From Octopus vulgaris (lineage: Eukaryota), in NCBI GenBank assembly GCA_951406725.2, contig OX597828.1, positions 57,412,001-57,476,000 on the forward strand: DNA of 64,000 nucleotides, read 5' to 3'. Made by a program: the position numbers and the translations under genes. Position 1 is the stretch's first letter, and each line of letters begins with the position of its first letter. Below the pieces are notes generated by a model. The model was not told the DNA's origin. It saw nothing but the letters and a program-made list of their open reading frames with translations, and ran no database searches. Shown one piece after another: positions 24,606-39,735 of the stretch.

Positions 24606-25915
24606 AATTTTGCAGCCGGTATGATTCGTTGGAGTATAACGTTACACCTGGAAAAATTTTATTATATTGTGCAAGTATGTTTTTTTTTTTTTTTATGTCT
24701 AGTAGTTTCCAATACATGCCACCCGTGTCCACTCTACTGATGTCGTTCAAGAGAAATTTTTCCATGCTGGATTACAAAGCGCAATCATCTGATCAGGAAC
24801 AATTCTCACCAGGCATTTTATTTACCGCGTTAACTGTTCTCTCAAACCAATTACTACACACACATATCCTCGCTCGTGTATTCGTGTTTCTTCGGATATG
24901 CTTGCATATCTATAATTTCACTGGTATTTTAAACTCGGTTTTGTGTTGTAGATTAAAGTCTTTAGAGAAGTAGAAATTTGGAGAGAACTGTTCCTGCAAT
25001 GTGAATTGAAATTGGATTGCTGCTGACATTTTAAGAGATTTTACATTCTGTTCACTGACATTTTGCAAATTAATGACCGATTAGTAAAAAAAACAAACAA
25101 AAACAAACTACAGGCAATTCCTTTCACTACGTCAAAGTACATCTAAACGCATATGTCTCGATCAAATAAACGATTCTAGCTTTTTTTTTCTATATCCATC
25201 AAATGAATGGAGAGTGGTGAAAATTTGTAGTAGCTCTATAATTTCACGGAAACTCTAATATGCACTACTATACATCTATACATGGGAACATAATTCAAAT
25301 AGGATGTCATGATCAATAAGATTGTTTACAATATGATTTGGTTCTATATACATCTACAAAATATTATGGCTCTTGACTCATAACAAGCGCCTACAAGAAA
25401 GCAAATACGTGCTCACACGCTCGCATGCACGCACACACACGCACGTACATACAGTAACACACACAAACACACATATATACACATGTATCCACTGACAGAT
25501 ATGCTGAGACACACTGTTACACACATATTTACATACGTTTAAAAACACATATATGTGTATGTGTGTGTGTGTAATGTGTGTGCGTGTATGTGTCTGTTAG
25601 TGCGTGAATGTTCTATTTCCAGCCAAACATTTATTGTGTTCTTTCACTGTTGTCTCTTTCATTTACGGAAATAATGGTTTGCTTTTGATGTTACGAGCCA
25701 ATTTGAATGCCTACCAATTTGAAAATTACTTTCGAAACAGAAAACAGGTAAATAACAGTAAATAAGTCTTGAAGCAGGCTTGCCACTAGCAATCATAAAC
25801 GCAAGAAAAGCAGAAGATTTGACAATAGCACTGAGCGCGAAAACAACAAGAAATAAAGCAAAATTCGAGTGAAACTAAAAATGTATAGACATGCATATAT
25901 ATCTATATATGTATG

Positions 25916-25971
<56 letters not shown>

Positions 25972-26099
25972 GTGTGAATGTTTATATTCCAAGACTATTT
26001 TTTTTACTATTGAATTTCTAACGAATAATAGATTTTTAGCTCTTGGTCCCTACCCAGTCTAATCTCCAGTAGTTTCTCTCTATCCTACTCTCTTTCAAA

Positions 26100-26865
26100 A
26101 TTAAGGTAAACAAATTTCCTTTTTATTCTCAAATGTTCTCTCCTTCATTTTCTACAATGCTCTTCCATCTATCTTCTAACATTCACTTGTCCGTGGCGAA
26201 AAGTACTACTCCAGTACTGTTCTAACCTCGTCCACGGAATTCATAATTTCTCCGTCCAAATGATTTTGAAGACTGCAGAGTAAATGATAACTAACCGGAG
26301 AAACGTCCGACTAGTATGGTGGGTGGGGCATCATTTCCTATACAAACTGCTCCAGCCTGTGGAATGTCATTTTCGCAGTTTGTCACCTAACATTATCCCG
26401 AGGGAAGAACACCTTTAGTCTTGAAACCGAAGATGGTCGATTTGTTTCTAACTCAGGCTTGAATGTTTGTTTGAATTGCCAAATCCAAGCTTTTCTGCTA
26501 GTTCCTCAATAGTTACGATCTTCTAGGATGATGCTTGTCCTCTAGATTCTAGTTTCCGACTCAGAATTTCTGGAACCACCGTTGTCTCTAGCTTACGCGT
26601 ATTGCCCGATCCCCATATATTGCATTGATATCCCTCGCACTTTCTGTGATGTTGCCTTTATTGAACTCATAAAGCAAAATATGCCGAATATGCTCCTTTG
26701 TCACTTCCATTATAGCTTCGTTAAAACAACTATTGAAATCGAACTGCACTCTTCGAAGAGTAAATTGACTACGTGTTTTTATAGCAAGTTGATGGTGGTA
26801 GTTTATCCCATCCCCTCCGACTTTTAGTTCATGCAATTGTAAATGCCGTATTATTCATGTGAGGA

Positions 26866-26870
<5 letters not shown>
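26100..26870 (-). mobile_element. Internally deleted mariner (Mos1-like) fossil
   Basis: Translates as MEVTKEHIRHILLYEFNKGNITESARDINAIYGD, RWFQKF and PHPPY*SDVSPVSYHLLCSLQNHLDG (resembles HPPYSPDLAPSDYHLFRSLQNHL). Confidence 0.85.
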
Positions 26871-26943
<73 letters not shown>

Positions 26944-26944
26944 G

Positions 26945-27005
<61 letters not shown>

Positions 27006-27121
27006 ACTCCATTTCTTCCATTCACTAATTATATATATATATATATAAATATGCACATACACATATATATGTATGTATATCAAAATGCATTTTTAAATAT
27101 AATTATGAGTATAATTATAAT

Positions 27122-27478
27122 TAGGGTTCAGCAAAAAATTCGCTTCACCACATACCGAAATTTAGAATCAGCAGCCAAAACTAGCTATTTCTCTACCATA
27201 AGAAATTCTCCCAGACAACAATACTCAACAACCCACGTAGTGGTCTCAAATTTAAAATCTTGAAATACTGTACTGAAGAGCGAGAATGATAGAGTGGAAA
27301 TGTGCTTTTTGCATTTTTCACATCTATTAAACTCCGAAACGCCTCTGCAGTTAATCGATACCGAGTGAATTCGCTATTTTTTTCTCTTTGCCTATGTGGG
27401 TTTTTGAGTAGTGTTGACTGGGTGATTTTCTTATGGCAGAAAAATAGCTAGCTTTGGCTGCTATTTCTAAATTTTGTT
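27122..27478. mobile_element. MITE-like element with ~85-bp imperfect inverted arms
   Basis: 27157-27240 (aaatttagaatcagcagccaaaactagctatttctctaccataagaaa...cccacgtag) pairs with 27392-27476 (ctatgtggg...ttcttatggcagaaaaatagctagctttggctgctatttctaaattt). Confidence 0.7.
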
Positions 27479-27664
27479 TTTGTAATATTCATACGCAAGA
27501 GTAGTCAAGTCGATTACGTTAACCGCAGTACATTCCTGGTACTTCATTTATCGAACCCCAAAATATGAAAAGCTAAGACAATCTCGCCAGAATATGACCT
27601 CTAAAGGTAGCGACGGCCGGAATACAGCTAAGCTTTTCACCTGGCATGCTAACGATTCTGCGAG

Positions 27665-27719
<55 letters not shown>

Positions 27720-27785
27720 ATCTTTCTCTCTCTTTCTCCCTGTATATATTTACGTATGTATGTACATATGTATGTATGTATGTAT

Positions 27786-28322
27786 GTAGAATTAGGTAAG
27801 TTAACTATGTTTGTAACATATTTCAACTTCTAAAAGGCAAATGAAATGCAATTACCGTAGGGAGTTACACTTTCTTATGGTAAACAGGTGTGAGAACACC
27901 AAGTTCGTTCAATGTCCCCATATATTATGAATCTCAGACATCGATGTTTGAAGATAATTGGCTCTCGTCAATGAGATGTACTTAAGAGAGGCAACACAGG
28001 ATGAACTTAAAAAGGCCTAGCTTTATATATAATTCTGTCCAAGGTAAATAACGAAGTGTCGGCGCTAAACAGTGTGTAAGTATGAGCAGAATTAGGCAAG
28101 TAGAAATACGATTGTGACATATTCCAGCTGCTAATAGACGACGTCTGGGATTTCTAATAGATGGCGACACTGTTTTCACACTTTTTTACCATAGGAAGGA
28201 TATATTTTCCACGGTAACTGTAGTGTATTTGCCTTTAAGCAATCGAAATAGGTGACAAACATATATCAACTTACCTAATTCTACTCTTACTTACACACTG
28301 CTTAGCACTGACACTTCGTTAT
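27786..28322. repeat. Nested fold-back (inverted-repeat) element
   Basis: 27786-27900 is the inverse of 28170-28285, and 28048-28120 is the inverse of 28245-28322. Confidence 0.7.
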
Positions 28323-28374
28323 ATATATATATAGATGTGTGTGTGTGAATTTTGTACGTATGTACGTGCGTATG

Positions 28375-28411
<37 letters not shown>

Positions 28412-28454
28412 TTCTATGTATAAAGGAATGCATGCAGATAGGTGTGTTTTTTGT

Positions 28455-28652
28455 AGAGTAATTCGAAATTTTTAGTGAGGGTGCCAGTCGATTAGATCGA
28501 CCCCAGTACGCAACTGATTCTTAATTTATCGACCCTGAAATGATGAAAACAAAGTTGACCTTAGCAGAATTTGAACTGACACTGTAAAGGCAGACGAAAT
28601 GCCGCTAAGCATTTCGCCCGGCGTGCTAACATTTCTGCCAGCTCGCCGACTT
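28455..28652 (-). mobile_element. SINE family B copy
   Basis: atcgaccccagtacgcaactg...gaatttgaact...gcatttcgcccggcgtgctaac. Confidence 0.8.
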
Positions 28653-29137
28653 GGGTTGTTTGTACACTAATCCCTCATCATATCGCAGTTCACCTATTGT
28701 GCACTCAGTACATCCCGGATTTTTCTGGCGAATACATGTAAATTTATATCGCGGACCGCTTAGTATATTGCGGTCGTTTGCGGCCGATAGGTATTAATAT
28801 TTTTTTTAGGTTTTAATTATTTCTGTATTAAAACAAGTACTTTCACACCTAAAAATTGATAAATTAATAAATATAAATAGAATAGAGTACCGCACTAATA
28901 ATTAAAATATATTAATGGGAAATTTGTAGTTTACCATAGATGAGTAAACAAAGAATAGCACATACTGTGTAGAAAACGAAACTCTGGAGGCGAGTGTGTG
29001 GTATTGTTTTGCATTTATGATAATATAAATATATACAGTAGAGTACTGTTTCTACTCCGAGGATTTTCACCAATCTCAGGAGATTTTGGAACATAGCACC
29101 CCGTGGTAATCGAGGGATTGTTGTATATACGTATATT

Positions 29138-29334
29138 ATTTTCTACTCTAGGCACAAGGCCCGAAATTTTGGGAGGGAAGGCCAGTCGATTAGTACGTAA
29201 TTTATCGACCCCGAAAGGATGAAAGGCAAAGTCGACTTCGGCGGAATTTGAACTCAGATCTTAAGGACAGAGGAAATGCCGCTAAGCATTTAGCCCAGCG
29301 CGCTAACGTTTCTGCCAGCTCCCCGCCTATAAAA
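29138..29334 (-). mobile_element. SINE family B copy with 14-bp TSD
   Basis: tatatacgtatatt occurs at 29124-29137 and 29335-29348. Confidence 0.85.
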
Positions 29335-29464
29335 TATATACGTATATTCTGAAAGCAATTTGATCAAGTGTCTTCAGCTTATAATTTACAGAGAAGTTAT
29401 TTGTTTTTATTTCAAGTATATAATTTTTTTCTATCTTTACAAGGATGTTAATTCACATTTATGT

Positions 29465-29735
29465 GAAGGCACGTGGCTTATTCATTAAGATATTCGGCTC
29501 ACGATCACAAGATCATGAGTTCGATTCCGGGTGGTGGGTTGTATCTTTACTTTCACGTTATTTCTCTCCACTGAGCTGCTAAACATGATTAGTACCAGTA
29601 ATTGAAACGGCCTGTCTTGTCATATTCCGTGTCACGCTAAATCTCTTTGAGGACTAGGTTAAGTGTATGCGTATCTGTGGAATAGCCAGACACTATACGT
29701 TAATTTCATGAACAAGCTTTTCTCTTGATCGGAGT
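29465..29735 (+). mobile_element. tRNA-derived SINE family C copy
   Basis: A-box-like gtggcttattcattaag, B-box-like gagttcgattcc and ctccactgagctg domain. Related to 35083-35327 and 55555-55857. Confidence 0.65.
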
Positions 29736-31649
29736 GTCTATATTTCACTGTTCTACATTTCAGTTTTGTTAACGAACCGTCTTGTCGATAAATATTAAAC
29801 GAGGATGCTACCCTGATACACCCTTTCTTAATGATATCACTTTGTTGATATCACCCCTGTTGTACTCTTTCGCCCCAACTTTCTCTCACTCTTTCTTCCT
29901 GTTTAAGTAACGCTGCGATGGACTGGCGTCCCGTCCAGCTGGGGGGGGGAATACATACGCCACAGAAAACTGGAAACCGGGCCCATGAGACTGGTTAGGC
30001 TTGAAAAGGGCGAAAGAAGAATATTTGTAAGTATCTTCATGTGGTACTTATTTTATCGAACTCGAAAAGTTGAAAGTGGACCTCGGCTGAATTTGAGCTC
30101 AGAACATGGTGACGGACGAAATGCCGTTAAGCGCTTCGCCTGGCGTGCTAACGATTCTCCCAGATGGCCGCGTTATTGAATCAAATTATTACAAGTAAAT
30201 TGCATAATAGTAAGCGTGTTATCTGAATATTTTGAATGACCGTATGTAGGAAGTACTTTCGTTCGTCGCGTTTCGTCTACTTGGTGGTATGCTTTATGTA
30301 TAAAGTATATCTGCGACACTCAAGGCTGGGAAACAGTTGAAAATATCCAAACACTGTGTTCTGTTATACATAATATTGATTTCAAATGTGCCCTCTCTAT
30401 ATCTTTACAAGAATTAAACCTACAACATCGGTATGACGCATCGGCTCACCCATAGTCCGTGTACATATCTTTGCTCGTCTGCAATACGCTCATTACATTC
30501 CAACGGAGTAGAAATTTGTAAATTTATTATCCTGAATATATTTAAATATTAGTCTATAATATGGTAAAATTATTACGTCTTCTTATATAAAACCAATGTC
30601 TATCTGTTGATAATTCGAAGACAAAAGATATAAAAACAGAAAGACATCAAGTCGAAGTCATAATAAGGTTTGAAATATTCGTAGAATTCCTGTATATTTC
30701 AAACTTCTCTTTAAATCAAAAATATTATCTTGTAATTATATTTCTGCAGAAAAAAAAATTTTTTTCTGTGTCGAAACAACTCATAAAAATGCCTGCAATA
30801 TTTTTTAATATGTATTGTCTTCAACCATTTCTGTAACAATTTGTCTCAAGAGAAATCTAGTTCAATTATGGTAGGAAGTAATTCAATTTTTACGAAAAAA
30901 AATATCTTTTCTTCAGGCAGTAAATATTAAATGTTAGATATACGCTACCATCGAGTACAGAAAACAATTATATTTTAGTACAGCTATATTGCTTATATTT
31001 TGTTTCGGTGTCGTGACTGCATTCCAGTTTATTTGTTTATCATTCACTCTTTTACACTCTTTTACACCTCAACACAACATAAGCTACTGATTTTGTGCAG
31101 GTAATATTTGAGTTGCTGGATATGCGCAGATAAAATCGTAGCAGCTTTGTAGAAGAATCCCAGAAAGTATACGTATGTTGATCTTACATATTTCGAGAAA
31201 TATTAGCAGTTCAGTCAGTGAATACGTTACGTGAGACATTTGATGTAATTAGAAATTTATTGAAAATTCTTTCGTAGGCAATTAAATTGAAACCGATTTT
31301 CTATATCATTATTCGTGAAGCTATTTGATATTTTAATTAATTACGTGGATTATTATTCTGAGCAAGATTAACTGGGATATACTAGGATGGCTTTACAGTA
31401 TTTCTATTAAATATTGGTTTCCAATTTTAGCACAAGGTCAGTAGTTTTGGGAAAGTATATAGCTATACTGGAGGATGGTGATCTTTTGCTTTTTGTCTTG
31501 CCTGATCCATTTTGTCCTTCTGTGGTACCACAGAAGGACAAAAGGGAGACGGCAGGATAAAAGGACACACATGGAACAAAGAGGCACTGAAGGATCACAG
31601 AATGTGTGACAAAAGAACTTTGAGAGAAAAATGAATTATCAGTAATAAT

Positions 31650-32328
31650 AATCCTTTCTACAGAAGGCACAAGGGTATGAAATTTTGGCGGAAGGTCTAG
31701 TCGATGGAATCGACCCCAGTTTTTCACTAGTACTTAATTTATCGATTCCGTAACGATGAAAGGTAAAGTCGACCTCGGCGGAATTTTATCTCAAAACGTA
31801 ACGGTAGACGAAATACCTATTTCTTTACTACCCAGAAAGGGCTAAGCACAGAGAGTAGAAGCAAGGTCAGACAAACGGATTAAGTCGATTATATCGACCC
31901 CAGTGCGTAACTAGAACTTATTTAATCGACCCCGAAAGGATGAATGGCAAAGTCGACCTCGACGGAATTTGAACTCAGAACGTTGCGACAGACGAAATAC
32001 CTATTTCTTTACTACCCACAAGGAGCTAAACACAGAGGAGACAAACAAGGACAGACAAACGGATTAAGTCAATTATATCGACCCCAGTGCGTAACTGGTA
32101 CTTAATTTATCGATCCCGAATGGATGAAAGGCAAAGTCAACCTCGGCGGAATTTGAACTCAGAACGTAGAGGCAGACGAAATACCCATTTCTTTATTACC
32201 CACAAGGGGCTAAACACAGAGAGGACAAACAAGGACATACAAACGGATTAAGTCGATTATATCGACCCCGGTGCGTAACTGGTACTTATTCAATCGACCC
32301 CGAAAGGATGAAAGGCAAAGTCGACCTC
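31650..32328 (-). repeat. Head-to-tail array of SINE family B, period 184 bp (~3.7 units)
   Basis: The junction gacgaaatac recurs at 31807, 31991 and 32175. Confidence 0.9.
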
Positions 32329-34828
32329 AAGTATAACAATAATTATTCATATCGTATCACAGAAAATTTTCAGACAATCTATGTTAGCTGTTTCCAACAT
32401 ACATCCGTCCGTCGAAATATTTTTCTGCCTAATATTCTTAAGTGTGTCGTATGGTGACATCTTCAGGAACCTACCGTTTAGGGTCCTACCTGAAACAATT
32501 GTTGCTTAATTTTCTGTTGGATTCCCAAGCGTTGGCAACTAACACTATGGATATTATACTACCATTTACTCCTTTGTCTACCCTCTTGCTATCCTACTAC
32601 TTGATGGCTGGTCTTGAAGAATCCCTTCAGCGATTCTTTCTGCGACATTCTAATAACATGACTGCCTACCGCGCTGTGACATAGAAGTATGTCAATGATG
32701 ATTAATAACTAGAAGTGTTATGTTACGATATTTTTCATGATTTTATGAAGGATTAAAGTTAGCATTTACCACGTTCGCTATATTATACCTCCCGATGTTA
32801 TCAAACGAACTGATTTTTTCCTGTTCACTTTATTTAAGTTTATAGAAGTCATTTACTTGTTTCTCAATTATCAATTGTTACATTCACTCTAGATTTAAAA
32901 TGTAATTCAAAGTAACATTACTTTATGGAATCAAAGAAAAGTTGTGTTACTTCACATAGCTTGCTAGATGCACAATATTTTCGTTAAGTGGAGGTAAAGT
33001 AAGCTAGAATAAGGGATATGATTATTGAATGACTTTTGTCTAATTTATATTGTATATTTTGAAATATTTTATAAAATCAAAATAAATTACGTTTTCCACA
33101 GCATTATGCACATGAGAGATTTCAAATATTAGATCCAAACTCTTAATGCAAAGCTCGGACTCACATGGAAACTAAATTAATAAAATACAATTAAGCTCTA
33201 CATTGCCTTTTATAGTGTAGATTTTACTGAGTTGTCGTCATCTTATGTATTTTACTTACTGTGTGTGTGTGTGTATGAATAAAATCGATAAAATAAGAAC
33301 CAGATAAAGTCAATGTAATCGTCAAAAAGTATTAAAGCACTGGCTAATGTTAATTCTGGCTATAGAACTGACTGGGCTGCAGATATGCGACGAAAATTTC
33401 GACAACTCAGGAAAGAACTTACGCGTGATTTTATAAGTTTTGAGTTTTAATATATCGTTAAGTTGGCTTTTCGATTACATAAGCTGTGTGTGTGTGTCTG
33501 TGTATGTGCGTATAAGGTGGGAGAGTTACTGACATAGATTGATAGAAAGCGATATACAGATATCCATATACATACAGCTTTCTGTGTTCAGTATTGATTT
33601 TGTGTGAAAATCGTTTATTGAAATAAACGTTAGCATTCATTTCCTACTTTTGTAACGAATGCAAAGTGTTTCTTTCTACAACCACAGTCATCTCACCTGC
33701 ACTAATCACAAAACTTTTAATGTATTATTTGTGTTCAGAAGGCTTAAGTCTTGGCATATCTCTACAGGATTTTCACCAATAAATCCCATCGGACCATTAA
33801 CTTTTAAATGAAATCAATACAAATATTACTGCGTTAATATGGTTTTACTTTTTTTGTTCTCTTAAACGTAATCTTCAGGAAAGTATATGCAATTTAGTTT
33901 CTGAAATACACAAAAGCTAAATAAAAGGTTTTATTAAAGTATTACACGTGTATTTCAAAGAGAGTAAATGTTACACTTAAGGCAACTGAGACAATGTTAA
34001 AGGAAGCTTTGATACTGTTGTTTAAAATATCGATGAAGCTTTCAGTAGAATTGGAAGCATTTAGTCACGGTTTCGTATTGATCTAACGAAAACAAAACAC
34101 TCATTCATAAAAGTGAGTTTTTTTTATTTTCTTTCTTCTTAAAGCAAAATTGTCAATCCAATGAATTGCTTTCACGAAATCTCTTAATATTGAAACAGTA
34201 TTTATCTTTAATATTCCCGTCCTAACACAATCACAGTTTCTGCAACTATCACAAAAACACATGTACACATACTACTAAATTATCTGTGGATACAAAAAAA
34301 AGCAAATTACCTCTGTATTATCTCTAAGATTAAAAGCTTTCCCGCTTTGTCAATCTTTTGTTTAATATATGATATATACTCTGTATTCAATATATCGATT
34401 TCTTCACTACTTTGTTGCTTAGAAACTGTGTTGTCAAGGGCATTATTATCGTGGATATTTTCTTGTTGCTTATTATCGTATTAGATGCTATTGTTAATCC
34501 CGGAGTGGTTATCAGAGACATGCTAGCCTTTGTGTTGGAAATACGTTGTTGTTGTTTATATTCATGTCAGCCCTAATCAAGTAAACACTATGAAATCGTG
34601 ACCGTCCTGTCTTTTTTACACACACACGCACACATACGTATTTATGCATATGAATATACATATGTACGTAAATATAATTATGTACATCTTCCAATATGCC
34701 CTTAGTGTCCTAATAGTAAGCCTCTCTCTTGAAGATAGTATAGCTGCTATAGATAAAGCGTTCACATAGAGTATATCGTGTCGGCTTGGTTGCGCTGTAG
34801 ATGCCGTTGGCAGTGGTGTGTTATTTGT

Positions 34829-34869
<41 letters not shown>

Positions 34870-34887
34870 TTGTGTGTAGACAGGCCG

Positions 34888-35935
<1,048 letters not shown>

Positions 35936-36341
35936 ATAATATATATATGTATTATGTATGTATGTTTTCGTTGTGTGTATGTGTGTTTGTGTGTATGTGT
36001 GTGTGTGTGTACGTGTGTGTTTGTGTGTGTGTTGTTGACGAATCCCTCGTTTGCAAGTCCTTCCTTCTTCTAATTTACTCATTTATGTCTGATCCTCAAT
36101 TCGCTAGCAAAACCGACTTTCTCTTTTCTCTTTATTTTTCTTTTTTTTTCTTTCTTTTTCCGCTCTAATGAATTTCCACAAATTGCGTATAATTATTTAC
36201 GGTGATAATTTTTATTATTGTAATAATTAAGCCTGATTATGCCAAAACAGCGCGAAAAGAAACAGCTGTTAGATGAGATACTGTCTTACTTTTGTAATCA
36301 ATAAGTAATAATTTTATCTGTAGTTTCTTATTTTCCTTTTT

Positions 36342-36494
<153 letters not shown>

Positions 36495-36563
36495 ACATAC
36501 ATATATATATACATACATATATATATACATACATATATATATACATATATATATATACATACG

Positions 36564-36595
<32 letters not shown>

Positions 36596-36646
36596 CATAC
36601 ATATATATATATATACATACATATATATATATATATACATACGTAC

Positions 36647-36680
<34 letters not shown>

Positions 36681-36933
36681 ATACATACATATATACATAT
36701 ATATACATATATACATATATATACATATATAAATATATATACATATATACATATATATACATATATACATATATATATACATATATACATATATATACAT
36801 ATAAACATATATATAAACTTAGATAATCTTAGATATGTTTCGACCAAAGATTGGTCCAGGCCATGTCTAACTTAATAGCACCACCTGATAGGATTATTCG
36901 AATCCTGTTTAAGTCATGTTTTGTTTGAGTCAA

Positions 36934-37105
36934 GTTTTGTTCAAGTAGTGAGTTCTTGTTGGGTGAGTTGTATCCAGTTTTGTTCAAGTAGTGAGTTCTT
37001 GTTGGGTGAGTTGTATCCAGTTTTGTTCAAGTAGTGAGTTCTTGTTGGGTGAGTTGTATCCAGTTTTGTTCAAGTAGTGAGTTCTTGTTGGGTGAGTTGT
37101 ATCCA
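36934..37105 (-). repeat. Four exact 43-bp tandem units forming the LINE 3' tail
   Basis: gttttgttcaagtagtgagttcttgttgggtgagttgtatcca starts at 36934, 36977, 37020 and 37063. Confidence 0.95.
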
Positions 37106-38990
37106 ATTATGGGTGGCTTATCTGGTATTCTTTGAAGGAATCTATCCAGACTGTTTAAAGTTGATGGGATCCTTTTCCTCTTTGATCTCCCTCGGGACAA
37201 TGTTAAATAGAGCAGGGCCTGTTGAGGAAAAGAAATTATGTTGCAGTGTACATGTATGTTGTGATCTTGAATTAGGCAGGGGACGTATATCCCGTGTTCC
37301 AAGTCTTGGATGAACCTTGAAGCTAATGTTTAGGTCGTTTGGGCAAAGTTGGCGGTATATTTTCCACATCGTACAAATGATGTACCGCTCACGGCGACGC
37401 TGGAGGGAGTAAAGTTTCAAGGCTTTAAGGCGATCCCAATAATCGAGAGCAGCCATGCCTTCAATTTGTTTAGTGAGTGCTCTCTGGGGTGACTCAATTC
37501 TGGAGATGTTTTGTCTTGTGTGAGGAGACCACAGTGGGCAGCAGTATTCAAGGTGTGGCCGTAAAAAGGAGGAAAAAAGTGGTATGATGACACCTTGTTT
37601 TCTGGACCGGAAAGTTCTTAAGATCCAGGAACTCATTCTACGAGCTATATCGACCTTCTTGTTGATGTGTGCACTCCAACTGAGATCGTCATCAACAATT
37701 ACACCCAGGTCTCTGATATTGTTAGAGACTGTGAGCGGTTCCCCTGAAGGAAGAGAGTATGGTTGTTTTAGTGAGGAATTTCTTCCAAAATGCATCAGCT
37801 CAAATTTTCCCTCATTCAGTTGCATTTTGTTTCTGTCTGCCCATTGACTCACAGCATATAGATCAGACTGGAGTTGAGTTCGGTCTGCTTCTTCATTGAC
37901 GATTTGCTGGAGCTTAGTGTCATCAGCAAATATTTTCACTTTGCAGTAATGTACGACACTGGAAAGGTCGTTTACGTAAATTATGAAGAGTAGCGGACCC
38001 AAAATAGTTCCCTGGGGAACACCGCTGGTGACTTTTGCTGGGTTTGAGTGGACTCCATCAACTACAACATGTTGTGTTCTATTCGCCAGGAAATACTTAA
38101 TCCAGTGTAGAACTTTTCCACGGATTCCAACATTGGCCAATTTTGAGAGTAGGATGTTATGGTCTACCCTGTAAAACGCTTTACTGAAGTCAAGATATAT
38201 GACGTCAGAGTTCGAACTTGTTCCCAAGGCTTTGAGTACATCTTCAATGTGGTGTAAGAGCTGTGTTATACAGTCCCTGCCACAGCGAAAGCCATGCGGA
38301 TTTGCATTTAGGAGTTTGTGGGTCTCCAGGAAGTCAGCTATCCTTGATCTTAACACTCTTTCAAACACTTTAATGATGTGGGAGGTGAGTGAGATTGGGC
38401 GATAGTTGACTGCGAGGGATCTGTTTCCCTGTTTGAAAACCGGGATGACCGACTGGGATAGAAACTGTTTCGGTATATAACCTGCGTCTAACGAATTTCT
38501 CCAGAGGTTGGTCAGAGGGACTGCAAGTTGGTATCTACATTCCTTCAGGAGACTAGCGGGAAATCTATCAGGGCCTACAGCAGAGTAATGTTTGACCTCA
38601 TTTATTGCTGCTACGATGTCAGTGGCAGTGAAGGTTATGTCTGAGATTTTGTATTGGGAGTCAACTTCGTTCGTTTCCCTTACGTCAATATCAGTGGGAA
38701 CACTAAAGACAGAACAGTATTGTTTCTGCAGTATTTCTGCCATTTCTTTAGCATCATATTGGGGAATGCCGTTATCATCAATCAATGGCCCAATGGGTGA
38801 GGCAGTGGTTCTATGCTTATTTGCATAAGAATAGAACACTTTTGGGTTCTGTTTGATGTTTTTGATTACCCATTGTTCCTCCACAGCTCTTTGATTTTCA
38901 ATGGAGGTTTTCATGTTGGTCTGCAGATGAAGTTTTTCCAGCTCTAGTCTTTTCATTGTTGTTGAATGTGGATGTTGCGTGTGGGAATAT
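36934..38990 (-). mobile_element. 5'-truncated CR1-type LINE, reverse transcriptase ORF (604 aa open, 37142-38956)
   Basis: Motifs NYRPISLTS, HGFR, YLDFSKAF, SGVPQGTILGPLLFIIYVNDL, FADDTKL, RDLGVIVD, RPHLEYCCPLWSP and LYSLQRRRER. No endonuclease is present and the 5' end abuts (TA)n. Confidence 0.95.
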
Positions 38991-39006
38991 TTTAATTAAT
39001 ATATAC

Positions 39007-39274
<268 letters not shown>

Positions 39275-39344
39275 ATTGTATGTAATATATAACATAATGA
39301 TATTTATTCTCCGATTTGAAGCGATATTATATATATAATCTAAT

Positions 39345-39530
39345 TGTTTTACTTGTTTCAGTCATTTGACTGCGGTAATGCCAGAGCACTGTCTGAAGGG
39401 GTTTTAATCGAACAAAACGCCCCCCAGGACTTATTCTTTGTAAGCCTATTCTATCGGTCTCTTCTACCTAATGTAAACACCCCAACATCGGTTGTCAACC
39501 GATGTTGATGGGGGACAAACACACACAGAG

Positions 39531-39582
<52 letters not shown>

Positions 39583-39735
39583 GATGAACCTCTTTAAGTT
39601 TCCCTCTTCCAAATCCACTCACAAGGCGTTCGTCCTCACGAGGCTTTAGTAGAAGACCCTTGCCTAAGTTGTTACGCAGTCGTACAGAACCAGGAACCTT
39701 ATAATTGGGAAGCATGCTATTCACGACACAACCAC
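39345..39735 (-). mobile_element. SINE family A copy
   Basis: Family A tail and head surround an internal (CA)(TA)n tract. Confidence 0.75.

Noticed and set aside
24629-24973. 114-aa ORF with a poly-T/TAG acceptor-like site near 24700
   Set aside because: No recognisable protein and no clear GT donor, so it cannot be supported.
36934-37105. CRISPR-like appearance of the 43-bp repeats (and of the 184-bp array at 31650)
   Set aside because: The repeats are contiguous with no unique spacers, there are no cas genes, the context is eukaryotic, and both are explained by retroelements.
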